The notes beneath the pieces were generated by a model that worked only from the letters and a program-made list of their open reading frames with translations, searched no databases and had not been told where the DNA came from. A stretch of 63,289 nucleotides of DNA, the filler included, from Saprolegnia diclina VS20 (Eukaryota), in the NCBI RefSeq assembly GCF_000281045.1. It is 4 parts of 2 records of this genome, joined end to end, with 100 filler letters (N's around TTAATTAATTAA, not from the genome) between each part and the next. Parts side by side here need not be neighbours in the genome. Positions count along the whole stretch, not along the records: positions 1 to 16,090 come from NW_008246069.1; 3 more parts are not named here. One strand, given 5' to 3'. The position numbers and the translations under genes are program-made. Position 1 is the first letter of the stretch. Each line of letters starts with the position of its first letter. Shown in pieces: positions 1 through 11,327 of the stretch.

Positions 1-21
1 AGTCATTCGGAGGACTCTATT

Positions 22-115
22 GTCGCTCTCCCTCGAGCGCTTCCAGCAGTTCGAAGAACTTTTGGGCAAGGCTCGTGTGCGATGTACCAGTGCTTTGAAG
101 GCGGTCTATACTGCA
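22..115 (+). repeat. 94-bp direct repeat, copy 1
   Basis: Matches 3623-3716 with only 3 substitutions. Confidence 0.9.
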
Positions 116-1051
116 GTGTTTCAATAAGCAAGTATGCACGTGTATTATTCGTCTTAGTCCTCGTCTGACGAAGAGTCTTCGTCGGAGGAGTCGTCGTCCA
201 CGGAATCGCTGTCGCCAAACAATAGGCGGTCAGGAATGTCTCCGCCATTGAACGTGGCGATAGACTCAAGAAGAACCTCGAGGCTGCCATCCTCTTCGAG
301 CTGCTGGTGTCGTCGGCAGAGCGTCTCGTAGTTGCTGCTTCTTGCTCTTCAACGTGTCGTCGGCCTCGAGATGCCTAAGCACAACGGCGAGCGGTTGCAA
401 GACGCGCTGCAAAGCTTCACAGATTAGGTCACGGATAGGCGAGGCACGGACTGCTGAAGGAAACAGAGTAAAGACACTCCGCAGGCGGATCACCCGACTG
501 TTCATCTTGTTGACGTCTGACCAGCGAGTTGGCGAGAAGAGGAGAGGGACCAAAGCCTTGTCGAGAATTTGCGGCCATGTATGGTGGTCGCACCGTCTAT
601 CGTCATTGTACCAGCAATGCGGCGACTCAGGTCAGTGCGCACAAGATCCAGCAGGCCAGCATGCCCCAGTTTAGAAAATAGAAAAGAGTCATTTGATATA
701 ATTTTAAAAAGGCAAAGTGCCAGTTGATTGGGATTGTTAAATTTACTGGCGCGCCGCATAGAAAAAGAGAGGGAGAAAGTCATGGATCCTATTTTATCAT
801 CTNNNNNNNNNNNNNNNNNNNNNNNNNNNNNNNNNNNNNNNNNNNNNNNNNNNNNNNNNNNNNNNNNNNNNNNNNNNNNNNNNNNNNNNNNNNNNNNNNN
901 NNACAGGAGCGCGCGTGGCTTCGCGCACTACGACAGACAAGCATGGACAGCGATTCGGGTTGGTTCACGCTGAAGTGAACCTAGGCTGAATCTTTGTGTG
1001 GTTTTGGTGGTAATTGTACTGGTATATAAATTCAATTGTTTACGTCTAATC

Positions 1052-2647
1052 TTAGTTCTTCTTGCGGAGCGTGATCCAGAGCGCCACAATGCCAATGAAG
1101 CGGAAGAGAAGGTTGATCCAGACCAAAAAGATAATGTCGTAGCCCATGCTCTTCTTGTCGAGGCCGAGGTTCGCGAGCACCTGAGCCCCCGTCGTCGCGA
1201 CGCAGCTCTCGACAGCCGCATCGCAAGGAATCGTGTCAATCGAGTTCCAGAAGGCGCGACACATGCCGCGGAAGGCGTACTTCATCGGCGAGATGAACTC
1301 GAGCCAGCGAAAGTAGACAGGCACGTTGTTGGTGTTGATAAAGAGACCGCCAAAGATGAGGAACGGGAGGATGATGAGGATGCCGATGATCGGCGCGATC
1401 TCGGGCGTCTTGGCAATGCACGATACCATGTAGCCGAGGCCGGTCGCCGAGCTCGAGAGGAGCGCAATGAAGAGGTAGAACGTGAAGAAGAGACCGGCGT
1501 TGGACGCGCCAAAGCCGACCATAAAGTACACCGGGATCAAAAAGATGAGCGGGAAGAAGAACTGCATCACGAGCTCGCTCACATTCTTGGCAATGTACCA
1601 GACGTACGACCGGTAGAGACCACCGTTGTACTCGCGCTTCATGATGGGCAATTCAAGCGGCACGGACGCAAACTCGGGCGTCGTCGCGCTGAAAAACTGG
1701 TTGACGACGATGAAGAAGATGGCGCCCGTGAACGACTGGATGCCAGTCTGCGAGAGCTCCAGCTGGCGGAAGATCAAGCCGACGACGACCGAGATGATGA
1801 TGCTCTGGCCGAGGCGCGCCTTAAACGCGAGCGAGTCCCGTACGAGGCGCGTCACGTTGCGCTTGCAGAGGACGCGCATCGAACCAAACGTGCCGAGGTG
1901 CGAGCTTTCGTACACCGTGTCGCTGGCGTCGCTCGAGCCATCCGAGTCGTCCTTGACGTCGCCATTGTTACCGATCGCGTGGCTGCGGGCGCGCCAGTTG
2001 GCGACGAGCTTGTCGACGCGGGCAGCCGCCTCGGATTTGGTGTCAAGCACAATCATTTGGCGCATAAAGTAGTCGGTCGGGTTCATGTAGTTGGGACACT
2101 GGTAGCCCTGCGACGCAAAGTACTCGACCGCGTCCGACGCCTTGCCGTTGTAGATCGGCTGGCCGTCCGAGAGNNNNNNNNNNNNNNNNNNNNNNNNNNN
2201 NNNNNNNNNNNNNNNNNNNNNNNNNNNNNNNNNNNNNNNNNNNNNNNNNNNNNNNNNNNNNNNNNNNNNNNNNTTGACGGTCAGCGTCTCGTAGAAGACG
2301 TCGTCCTGCATGACGTACGATGCGTACTTGTTCATTTGCTTGGTCCATTTCTGGCCGTTGGCCAAAACCGACCCGGTGTAGTCCTTCTGCCGGCCCGAGA
2401 TGACGTCGAGGAGCGACGACTTGCCGGCGCCGGATGGTCCCATCATGACGACAAGCTCGCCAGGCACTGCGATACCGCTCAGATCGTTGAGAATGACCTT
2501 GTCCTCGACCTGCTTGGTGGCTGTGTTCTTGATCTTGACGACCTTGGAGACGTTCTTCCACTCGAGCGTGATCTTGGGCACATCGACGAGGATGTCGGCG
2601 CCGGCCTTGGGCGTCGCGACGTCAATGTAGTGGGCTTCGCTGGACAT
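1052..2647 (-). CDS. Half-size ABCG (White-like) transporter, paralog 1 (internal assembly gap)
   Basis: Walker A GPSGAGKS, YVMQDD Q-loop and C-terminal ABC2-type TM domain. Signature and Walker B motifs fall in the N gap 2174-2273. Confidence 0.92.
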   Translation of the reverse strand: MSSEAHYIDVATPKAGADILVDVPKITLEWKNVSKVVKIKNTATKQVEDKVILNDLSGIAVPGELVVMMGPSGAGKSSLLDVISGRQKDYTGSVLANGQKWTKQMNKYASYVMQDDVFYETLTVXXXXXXXXXXXXXXXXXXXXXXXXXXXXXXXXXXLSDGQPIYNGKASDAVEYFASQGYQCPNYMNPTDYFMRQMIVLDTKSEAAARVDKLVANWRARSHAIGNNGDVKDDSDGSSDASDTVYESSHLGTFGSMRVLCKRNVTRLVRDSLAFKARLGQSIIISVVVGLIFRQLELSQTGIQSFTGAIFFIVVNQFFSATTPEFASVPLELPIMKREYNGGLYRSYVWYIAKNVSELVMQFFFPLIFLIPVYFMVGFGASNAGLFFTFYLFIALLSSSATGLGYMVSCIAKTPEIAPIIGILIILPFLIFGGLFINTNNVPVYFRWLEFISPMKYAFRGMCRAFWNSIDTIPCDAAVESCVATTGAQVLANLGLDKKSMGYDIIFLVWINLLFRFIGIVALWITLRKKN

Positions 2648-2661
2648 GGCTCACACGATGC

Positions 2662-2675
2662 GAAATGAAAAGTGG
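2662..2675 (-). promoter_or_regulatory. Oomycete INR+FPR core promoter of ABCG paralog 1
   Basis: Minus strand reads CCACTTTTCATTTC just upstream of the ATG at 2647, resembling the oomycete TCATTYBNNNWTTY consensus. Confidence 0.55.
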
Positions 2676-3622
2676 GAATCGACGGAAGAGCCAAGCCATT
2701 GCAAGCGTCCGATCTATACGGACCGACACCCGCGTTACACATCGGTGGTTGGTTGGCGCCAATTTATTTTATTTCCCAGAATAAAAACACGAAACCAGTG
2801 TTTCGCAAATCGAGTCTTGCGACCATCATTTCGACGCGCAAGCGATTACTCGAGCAGGAGGCCGGCGAATCTTGTTGGATCGAATGACCGGTGGCTGTTC
2901 ACGTGAGATAAAGGTGGCGGTTTGACCAACGTTGGGATTATGCGGCTGCGAAGGCGCGTGATAGATTATGGTACCTGATGGTAGACAGTGGAAGCAATGG
3001 ACGAAAGGAGCTGAGTGCACCAAGAACCGCGCTCTTGAGATGGACCGTAAATCTTTTGGGTACTCCCGGTATATCCGTGGAGATCAATGCTCCGTTGCTC
3101 AAAGCACTGCTCGCTTCCATGCAATCAACGCAACCATCACTCTTGCTCGGTCCAGACAGCAAACCAAATGATGACGTCATTAATTCAATCCAACAGATTG
3201 CTGATCATGCGAAAGAAAAACCGCCGAATCACATGACGTGGCAGTGTGCGGCGCCAGGAATTGACACAGAATCTGAACCAGTGGCTCGTCGATTCGAACG
3301 TGTGGTCTTCGCTCATGTTCGCGGCCTTCGACAGCCTTCGGCACTGGGCCACTCGTTGAAGTACGTGATCAGAGGTCGGAAAGAGACACGCGAGCTGGTG
3401 ATGGGCAGCCCATCCTACTTGGGACGTACTGCGCTGCTGTTCTGCACGGCCAAGCCAAGCCATCGAACGCAATGAACAGCACGTTGCGTTTCCCACAGCC
3501 TATCGAAGAGAGCCATTGCGGAGCCGACGCACAGCGTTGGTCACGTCAAACAGAGACGGCCGTTGCACGTGACATCCCACCCTCGCAATCACGTTATCAA
3601 CAGCCGGCGTTATCGCGTGGCC

Positions 3623-3716
3623 GTCGCTCTCCCTCGAGCGCTTCCAGCAGTTCGAAGAGCTTTTGGGCAAGGCTCGTGTGCGATGTACCAGTGCATTGAA
3701 GGCGGTCCATACTGCA
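3623..3716 (+). repeat. 94-bp direct repeat, copy 2
   Basis: Matches 22-115. Confidence 0.9.
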
Positions 3717-3881
3717 ACGGTAGTAGCCCTTCCAGTAGCCATGAATAACTAACTGTACCTGGGCGAAGAGACGTGGACCGAGATCTGTCGCACATGCACG
3801 CGTCCTGGCACTTGGCACAACGCTGCAGAGCACTCGTAGGACCGAAACATATTTTGAGATTCAAGATGCAATAGATAAGCT

Positions 3882-5703
3882 TTACTTTTTGCCGCGGAGT
3901 CGCAGTGCGAGCGCAATCATGCCAAAGACCCGGAACATGCCGTTAATCCAGAGAAGAAAGCCGACGTCGTAGGCCATGTCTTCCTTGTTGAGTGCGAGGT
4001 TCACGAGCACCTGGGCGCCCGTCGTCGCCGCGCATGGCGTGCTGTCGCAAGGGATCGTGTCGACCGTGGTCCAGAAGGCGCGACTCATGCCACGGAAGGC
4101 GTACTTCATCGGCGAGATAAACTCGAGCCAGCTAAAGTAGACAGGCACATTGTTGGTGTTGATGAAGAGGCCGCCAAAGATGAGGAACGGAAGGATGATG
4201 AGGATGCCAATGATCGGTGCAATGTCAGGCGTCTTGGCGAGACACGAAACCATGTAGCCGAGGCCGGTCGCAGAGCTTGAGAGAAGCGCGATGTACATGT
4301 AGAGCGAGAAGAAGAGCGTCGCGTTCGAAGCGCCAAAGCCAATCATGAAGTACGCGGGCACGAGGAAGACGAGCGGGAAGAAGATCTGGAAGAAGAGCTC
4401 GCTCACGTTCTTGGCCAAATACCAGACGTACGACCGGTAGAGGCCGCCGTAGTACTCGCGGGCCATGAGCGGCAGCTCGATCGGCACGGACGCAAACTCG
4501 GGCGTCGCGGCGCCAAAGAACTGGTTGACGACGATGAAGAAGAGCGCCCCCGTGAANNNNNNNNNNNNNNNNNNNNNNNNNNNNNNNNNNNNNNNNNNNN
4601 NNNNNNNNNNNNNNNNNNNNNNNNNNNNNNNNNNNNNNNNNNNNNNNNNNNNNNNNNNNNNNNNNNNNNNNNNNNNNNNNNNNNNNNNNNNNNNNNNNNN
4701 NNNNNNNNNNNNNNNNNNNNNNNNNNNNNNNNNNNNNNNNNNNNNNNNNNNNNNNNNNNNNNNNNNNNNNNNNNNNNNNNNNNNNNNNNNNNNNNNNNNN
4801 NNNNNNNNNNNNNNNNNNNNNNNNNNNNNNNNNNNNNNNNNNNNNNNNNNNNNNNNNNNNNNNNNNNNNNNNNNNNNNNNNNNNNNNNNNNNNNNNNNNN
4901 NNNNNNNNNNNNNNNNNNNNNNNNNNNNNNNNNNNNNNNNNNNNNNNNNNNNNNNNNNNNNNNNNNNNNNNNNNNNNNNNNNNNNNNNNNNNNNNNNNNN
5001 NNNNNNNNNNNNNNNNNNNNNNNNNNNNNNNNNNNNNNNNNNNNNNNNNNNNNNNNNNNNNNNNNNNNNNNNNNNNNNNNNNNNNNNNNNNNNNNNNNNN
5101 NNNNNNNNNNNNNNNNNNNNNNNNNNNNNNNNNNNNNNNNNNNNNNNNNNNNNNNNNNNNNNNNNNNNNNNNNNNNNNNNNNNNNNNNNNNNNNNNNNNN
5201 NNNNNNNNNNNNNNNNNNGTGTCGCGGCACTTGTCGAGGCCGAGCTCTTCGATGACGTAGTTGACGCGGGCTTCGCGCTGGGCGGCGTCAAAGGTCTTGC
5301 CCATGCGAAGCTCGGCTTGGAAGAGGAGGTGTTCCTTGACGGTCAGCGTCTCGTAGAAGATGTCGTCTTGAAGCACATAGGACGCAAGCTTGTTCATCTT
5401 TTTGGTCCACTTTTCACCATTCACGAGAACAGATCCCGTGTAGTCCTTCTGCCGGCCCGAGATGACGTCGAGGAGCGACGACTTGCCGGCGCCGGATGGG
5501 CCCATGAGCACGAGGAGCTCGCCGGGCGCCGCCGAGCCACTGACGTTATCGAGGATGACCTTGTCTTCGGTCTGCTTGGTGGCCGTGTTCTTGATCTTGA
5601 CGACGCGGCTCACGTGATTCCACTCGAGTGTGATCTTGGGCACATCCACAAGCATCTTGGCGCCGGCCTTGGGCGTCTCGACCGTGATAAAGTGCTCGTC
5701 CAT
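3882..5703 (-). CDS. Half-size ABCG transporter, paralog 2 (large gap 4557-5218)
   Basis: N-part MDEHFITVETPK...GPSGAGKS and C-part FTGALFF...LRGKK both align closely with paralog 1. The frame offset across the gap reflects estimated gap size. Confidence 0.9.
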
Positions 5704-5704
5704 G

Positions 5705-5720
5705 GCAAATCTCGAAATGA
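5705..5720 (-). promoter_or_regulatory. INR+FPR core promoter of ABCG paralog 2
   Basis: Minus strand reads TCATTTCGAGATTTGC immediately before the ATG at 5703. Confidence 0.5.
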
Positions 5721-6491
5721 CGACTTTCGAAGCTCGTTTCGCTTCATGACGTGGCATCCGGAATGGACAGTGCGGTCATCCGTGATTGGTCGATTTCTTA
5801 CTGACCACTGTGACCAGCGGCTGGGGAGCGGGCTGCGATCACGTGCAAGCTTCCGCAAAGAAGATTTGTGGTCTTCGGTCGACGTCATGTTTATGGCGTC
5901 TAGGTACGTTGGCTGTGGAACGATCCCGTGTGCATGCTCTATATTGACGACAGGTGGACGGTCAATAGTGCCGACCCCACTCTCAGGATGGGGCGGGCAG
6001 CCGAAGTCCAGCATCGAAACAGACGTGGATGATGCGAATCGATATTCGCACAAACATGCAAAGGATGAGAATGATGGTGCTTGTGCGAAAATGAAAGACC
6101 GTCATGGTCGTTCGGCATCGCATGCACAGTAAGCCTCCTCACGCGCTAGGAAGAGCCAAACACGCCCCTAGGTTTTCTTCGATTGCGATACTGTTGCGTT
6201 GAGCAAGTCGCTAAATACAACGCGAAACACGTTCCTATCTAAGCGTCGATTGCCATGTTCCCGTCCGTTTCCGTGGGAGACGTCTTCGTTGGATGTCGGG
6301 TACTCCTCCATGCGACGATGTCGTCTCTTAGCTTGCCCTATAAAGACGTAAGGCAGCGTTAATTGCAGGTTGTGGTTGGCCAGACCATGGTGTTCGATAC
6401 ATGCATGACGTGGCAGCGTCCCCTGCATGGTAGTCAAAATCGCACTTTATCGGGTGTTTCGTACTTTTCGCAGGGGCATTAATTGGCCACG

Positions 6492-7607
6492 ATGGTCGGA
6501 GTCTCCCGCGCGGTCGTGGCAACGGCCGTTGCTTCGGCGCTCTCCACCGCTATCGCTGTCTACTATGCACTGCACCACGCAACGTCCAAGGCAGCAAAAG
6601 CCGAGCTCAAGGATCTCGGCAAGAAGGAGCGGGACGGCCGCGTCCGGCTGCAGATCGCCCTCGGCAGTGCCCAAGACAAGATCAAGGCGCTCGAGGCCGC
6701 GCTACAGTCGCACGGCGTGTCGCCCCAGGAGATCCTTGATCTGACGACGACCAATGCCAAGCCCAAGCGCGGCGCCAAGAAGGACGTCGTCGTGCCACTA
6801 CTCACAGTGCAAACGATCGGGGCGATTGCGTCGCCGTACTCGACGCGCAACGGGACCCCTCGGCAGCCGTCGCTCGTCACCACGTCGGTCGCCAAGCTCC
6901 AGCTGCACAAGCACATTCCGCCCTCGGCACTCTTGTCGCTCGCCGAGTTTAGCCACGTCTGGGTCGTCTTTCATTTTCACCAAAACACCAACGTGCACAA
7001 GCCGACGGCGCAGGTCAAGGCCACGATCAAGCCGCCGCGGCTCAATGGCGCCGCCGTCGGCGTCCTGGCGACCCGGTCGCCCCATCGCCCGGCACCCATC
7101 GGTCTCTCGCTCGCCAAGGTTATCGCTGTCAATGCCGACGAAGGCTACGTGCTCTTCCAGGGCCTCGACCTTGTCCACGGCACCCCGGTCGTTGACATCA
7201 AGCCGTACGTCGCCTTTAGCGATACGCCGTCCGACGCATTTGCACCGGCGTGGGTTGGCAAGGAGCACGCCGATGGCGACGAGCCGCTCGCGATCACGCA
7301 CGTGTCGTTCGACGACGGCGCCGCCGACGTAATTGCAAGCGCGTTCCAGGCCTGTAAAGCGACGCGGTCCAAGCTTTGCGCGATCGACCTCTTCCCGACC
7401 CTCGAGTCGTTTGTGGCGTTTGTGCAGGAGAACCTGCGCCTCGACATGCGCTCGACCCGCGAGCGCGTGGACCCCAAGTTTGACGACTACCGCGTCACGC
7501 TCTGTGATATTGTGATTTCGTATCGCATGACGCAGCCGGGCCCTGGCGTCGCCATCATGGGTGCCGACGTCGTCACAGACGCGACAGCCCAGCCCCGAAA
7601 TGAATAA
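6492..7607 (+). CDS. TRMO: tRNA m6t6A37 methyltransferase TrmO (TsaA/YaeB family) with N-terminal TM helix and coiled coil
   Basis: Motifs GTPRQP, HVWVVFHFH, PPRLNG..VGVLATRSPHRPAPIGLS and GLDLVHGTPVVDIKPY. Confidence 0.9.
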   Translation: MVGVSRAVVATAVASALSTAIAVYYALHHATSKAAKAELKDLGKKERDGRVRLQIALGSAQDKIKALEAALQSHGVSPQEILDLTTTNAKPKRGAKKDVVVPLLTVQTIGAIASPYSTRNGTPRQPSLVTTSVAKLQLHKHIPPSALLSLAEFSHVWVVFHFHQNTNVHKPTAQVKATIKPPRLNGAAVGVLATRSPHRPAPIGLSLAKVIAVNADEGYVLFQGLDLVHGTPVVDIKPYVAFSDTPSDAFAPAWVGKEHADGDEPLAITHVSFDDGAADVIASAFQACKATRSKLCAIDLFPTLESFVAFVQENLRLDMRSTRERVDPKFDDYRVTLCDIVISYRMTQPGPGVAIMGADVVTDATAQPRNE

Positions 7608-8082
7608 AACGACACTGTGCAATTTGCGGTGATGACACATAGTTCTCTTCATTCTGTTTAAGGCACGGCTGCAGACTAGTTGTCCTACAACACTTCAAAT
7701 TCATGGCAACGGGGCGCTTCGTACGATATGTTTGTCGTAGGGATGGAAGCCGCTCGTTGTCGACCTCGCCATGGTCGAGGCAGACCAAGAGAATAACCTA
7801 TTTTCCCGCGAGGTAGACTAACGTCCAAATACTGGGATTCATTTCAGGCATTTCTCTGTGACTCGACGACTTCCCGGGTCACAATAAAAAGTCAAAACTA
7901 GGCCCCTAGAGTCACAATCCAGGCCAAAACTTGACCCGTCGAAGCTTCGTGTTGTCGATCGCGTGACGGCGTACAGGTTTAACGGCTATTGGTATAGTAT
8001 TAGCAAACTGGTCTTTTTAAATGGTAGTGATTTTACGAAGCATACATTATTTTGGTGAAAACAGTAGCTGCTACTAGTACGT

Positions 8083-9984
8083 CTACGCGAGCTTTCGGAG
8101 CTTGTAGCGCAGCGAGATGAGACCGATGAAGCGAAAGAGAAGATTGATCCAGATGAGAAACACTACGTCGTACGCCATGGTGTTCGTGTCGAGCTGGAGG
8201 TGCGCGAGGACTCCCGCGCCGGAGCGCGCGACGCAGGTCTCGATCGCGTCGTTGCACGGAATGGTGCCGATCGTGGTCCAGAAGGCGCGGCTGATGCCAC
8301 GGAAGGCGTACTTCAGCGGCGAAATGTACGCAAACCACTGCAGGTAGACTGGGATGTCGTTGAGGTTGAGGAAGAGGCCGCCGAAAAGCACGAACGGGAG
8401 AATGACGAGGATGCCGAGGATCGGCGCCACCTCGGGTGTCCGCGCGAGGCACGACACCATGTAGCCAAGCCCGACAGCCGCGCTTGTAAGCAGCACAATG
8501 AAAACGTAAAAGCTAAAGAAGAGCGTCGCGTCGCCGGAGCCAAAACCGATCATAAAGTACCCGGGCAGCAAAAACACGAGCGGGAAGAAGATCTGGAACC
8601 CGAGCTCGCTCACATTCTTGGCCAAATACCAGACCCAAACGCGGTACAGACCAGACGAGTACTCGCGCTCCATGATGGGCAGCTCCAGTGGCACAGTGAG
8701 AAACTCGGGCTGCGCGGCGCTGAAGAACTGGTTGATGACCATGAAGAAGATGGCGCCCGTGAACGACTGGATGCCGTTTTGCGTCATGCTGAGCTTGAGG
8801 AAGATGAGACCCACAATCACCGAGATGATGAGCGTCTGCGCGAGCCGGGCGCCAAAAGCAAACTTGTCGCGGACCGTTCGCGTCACGTTGCGTTTGCAAA
8901 GGACTCGTAGCTGACCGAGGACGCCGAGGTGCGTCTCAATGTACACTGTGTCATCGGTGCCAAGGGAGCTGATTGCCGTTTCGGCGCTGTGCCGAGCTTC
9001 GGATTCCTCTTTCGCTCGCCAATTGGCGACGAGGCCACGGACGCGCGTCGCGGCCTCGGACGACTGGTCCAAGACAATGATCTGCCGCATAAAGTAGTCG
9101 GTCGGGTTCGTGTACGTCGGACACGGGCATCCTTGAGACGCAAAGTAGGCTACCGCCTCGGACGCCTTGCCGTTGTAGATTGGCTGGCCGTCCGAGAGAA
9201 GATACAGGCGGTCAAAGAGACCGAAGAGCTCCGACGATGGCTGGTGGATCGTGGCGACAACCGTCCGGCCCTTGCGGGCAAGGGACTGAAGCTGATGTAC
9301 AACAGACTCGGCCATGAAACTATCGAGACCCGACGTCGGTTCGTCCACAAACAAAAGCGACGGGTTCGTCAAGATCTCAGTGGCGAAGCTGAGGCGCTTG
9401 CGTTCGCCGCCTGAGATACCGCGCAGGCGGAGACCGCCAATTTGCGTGTCTTGGCACTTGGTCAAGCCGAGTTCGTCAATGACATAGTCGACGCGCTGAC
9501 GCCGCTCGTTGGCGGAGAAGAGCTTGCCCATGCGGAGCTCGGCCTGGAACGTCAGATGCTCGCGCACCGTGAGCGTTTGGTAAAATATGTCGTCTTGCAT
9601 GACGTACGACGCCTTCTTGTTCGTGTTTCGGTTCCACGGCTCGCCGTTGACAAAGACAGACCCCGTGAAATCCTTCTGTCGTCCGGCGATGACGTCGAGG
9701 AGCGACGATTTGCCAGCGCCGGACGGGCCCATGAGCACAACGAGCTCGCCGGGGCATGCGACGCCGCTCAGATCATTGAGAATCACCTTGGTTTCGAGCG
9801 CTTTGGTCGTAGCGTTTTGGACTTGGACCGATCGACGGATCTGCTTCCACTCCAACGTCATCTTCGGCACATCGACAAGCAGGTCAGCTCCCGACCGCGG
9901 TTCGTCGTAGCATGCTGCAGGCGTGAGCACCTCGACAAAGTGGTGCGGCGATTTGACGTGCTGGGGTGACTTGATACTGTGCAT
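8083..9984 (-). CDS. Half-size ABCG transporter, paralog 3 (complete)
   Basis: GPSGAGKS, ISGGERKR signature, LLFVDEPTSGLD Walker B/D-loop, TIHQP H-loop and ABC2 TM domain. Start taken at MHSIKSP. Confidence 0.95.
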   Translation of the reverse strand: MHSIKSPQHVKSPHHFVEVLTPAACYDEPRSGADLLVDVPKMTLEWKQIRRSVQVQNATTKALETKVILNDLSGVACPGELVVLMGPSGAGKSSLLDVIAGRQKDFTGSVFVNGEPWNRNTNKKASYVMQDDIFYQTLTVREHLTFQAELRMGKLFSANERRQRVDYVIDELGLTKCQDTQIGGLRLRGISGGERKRLSFATEILTNPSLLFVDEPTSGLDSFMAESVVHQLQSLARKGRTVVATIHQPSSELFGLFDRLYLLSDGQPIYNGKASEAVAYFASQGCPCPTYTNPTDYFMRQIIVLDQSSEAATRVRGLVANWRAKEESEARHSAETAISSLGTDDTVYIETHLGVLGQLRVLCKRNVTRTVRDKFAFGARLAQTLIISVIVGLIFLKLSMTQNGIQSFTGAIFFMVINQFFSAAQPEFLTVPLELPIMEREYSSGLYRVWVWYLAKNVSELGFQIFFPLVFLLPGYFMIGFGSGDATLFFSFYVFIVLLTSAAVGLGYMVSCLARTPEVAPILGILVILPFVLFGGLFLNLNDIPVYLQWFAYISPLKYAFRGISRAFWTTIGTIPCNDAIETCVARSGAGVLAHLQLDTNTMAYDVVFLIWINLLFRFIGLISLRYKLRKLA

Positions 9985-10083
9985 GTTGCTCTCAGCGTGG
10001 CAAAAGCTGCAATGAACTTGAAGCCGAACGAAGATACGTTTGCCACGTTCCAATTCCCAACCTTTCGAAAAATGCGACCCTCG

Positions 10084-10147
10084 GATTGGCCTGTCGAAAT
10101 TTCAGTGCATACGATTGGCTAATCGAAGTTTGGAGCGTTCGGATTGG
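10084..10147 (-). promoter_or_regulatory. Three CCAAT boxes upstream of ABCG paralog 3
   Basis: GATTGG at 10084, 10113 and 10142, i.e. exact 29-bp spacing. Confidence 0.55.
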
Positions 10148-11327
10148 TTTAGCGATACCATCCTGGCCTCGATGATGGGATCCTTCGACGACCGAATGCA
10201 GTACCATCGCAAACTACCACAGAACATCGGTAGCATGTTCAATGGCCACGAACCAACAGCACTGAGCAGTATTGCGGTGTTGTGCTGCCGAGCTTCACCA
10301 AGACCTTGTACTAGCATGCATGATTATTGAGACGAATGCTCAGGATTAATTGTCAATAGCGAGTGCGCTTTTGGGGCACTTGGTATGCGTGCATGGCAAA
10401 TCATGTCTGACAGATTACGTGGCCTGCTTTGCTATCTCGTTATCAACTTCAATGGAAGGACAGCTGAAACTTCCAATGCGCCAGACGTCGGCGACCATCA
10501 TTGTCCTGCCGTTCGATCGAACAAACGACTCTTCACCTTCCGCAGATTGCGCGAGGCTTCAGCAACCAAAAACAGAGTTGCGCCGCTCAGACTCGATAGC
10601 GCAGTACCGGTATTGCTTCGCCCGAGTGCCACATGATGCAGGATTCGCTTGCGGCGACCATTCAGCAATGTGCTGCCTTTCTACCTCGAATGTCGTACAT
10701 AGCTATTATATTGGCCCTCACAGGCCACTAAAATCGTCTAAATGGTTAGAGTGGCGTCTAAGAACTGGAGGGTACATGCACTGGAGGATACTTCTGCGTT
10801 TTTGCGCGCGTAGGGCGTCGAAACGACCTCATCACGAAGGGGCGTATCTTGCGAGCCGTCGTATCTGTAGCGTTCTAGACCTCGACTCCTACCAAGCAAC
10901 CCGCTTCACCTCACCCAAGGTCCTGGCAACAATGAAAGCACTACGCCCTTTGCCTCCTGACCAAGCAACAACGCCAACCCAAATAAACACTCATGTATGT
11001 GCGTCCCAAAAGGCCAGCCTGCGCCACCCGGTAAAGCAATCACACACAACCTTGTGTACCAAACAACAAGAACCAAGACGCACTATATGGCGTCACCCCG
11101 TCGACGAACAAACGAGCAGCTTAGCAACGTTGCGACCTCAACGTCAAAAACGGTAATAGAAGGTGTACGGGAAAAGCGCGCCTCGCTAACAACCCACGTC
11201 GGGTAGCGACGACTTGTTCCTTTCGAAGCAATGAATCGTACTTCTTGTTCCATCGCGACAAGTGTCGAACAAGTCGAGCGAAAGAAAAGCCGCATATTAT
11301 GTCGGACACATTTCTATTGACACCAAC

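Noticed and set aside
2174..2273. ABCG paralog 1 seems to lack the signature and Walker B motifs
   Set aside because: About 120 aa present in paralog 3 map onto a placeholder 100-N gap; missing sequence, not a deletion
4557..5218. Apparent frameshift between the halves of ABCG paralog 2
   Set aside because: Caused by the estimated length of the N gap
10350..11156. 268-aa ORF between ABCG paralog 3 and tyrosinase
   Set aside because: Non-ATG start, no GC3 bias and no motif; probably intergenic
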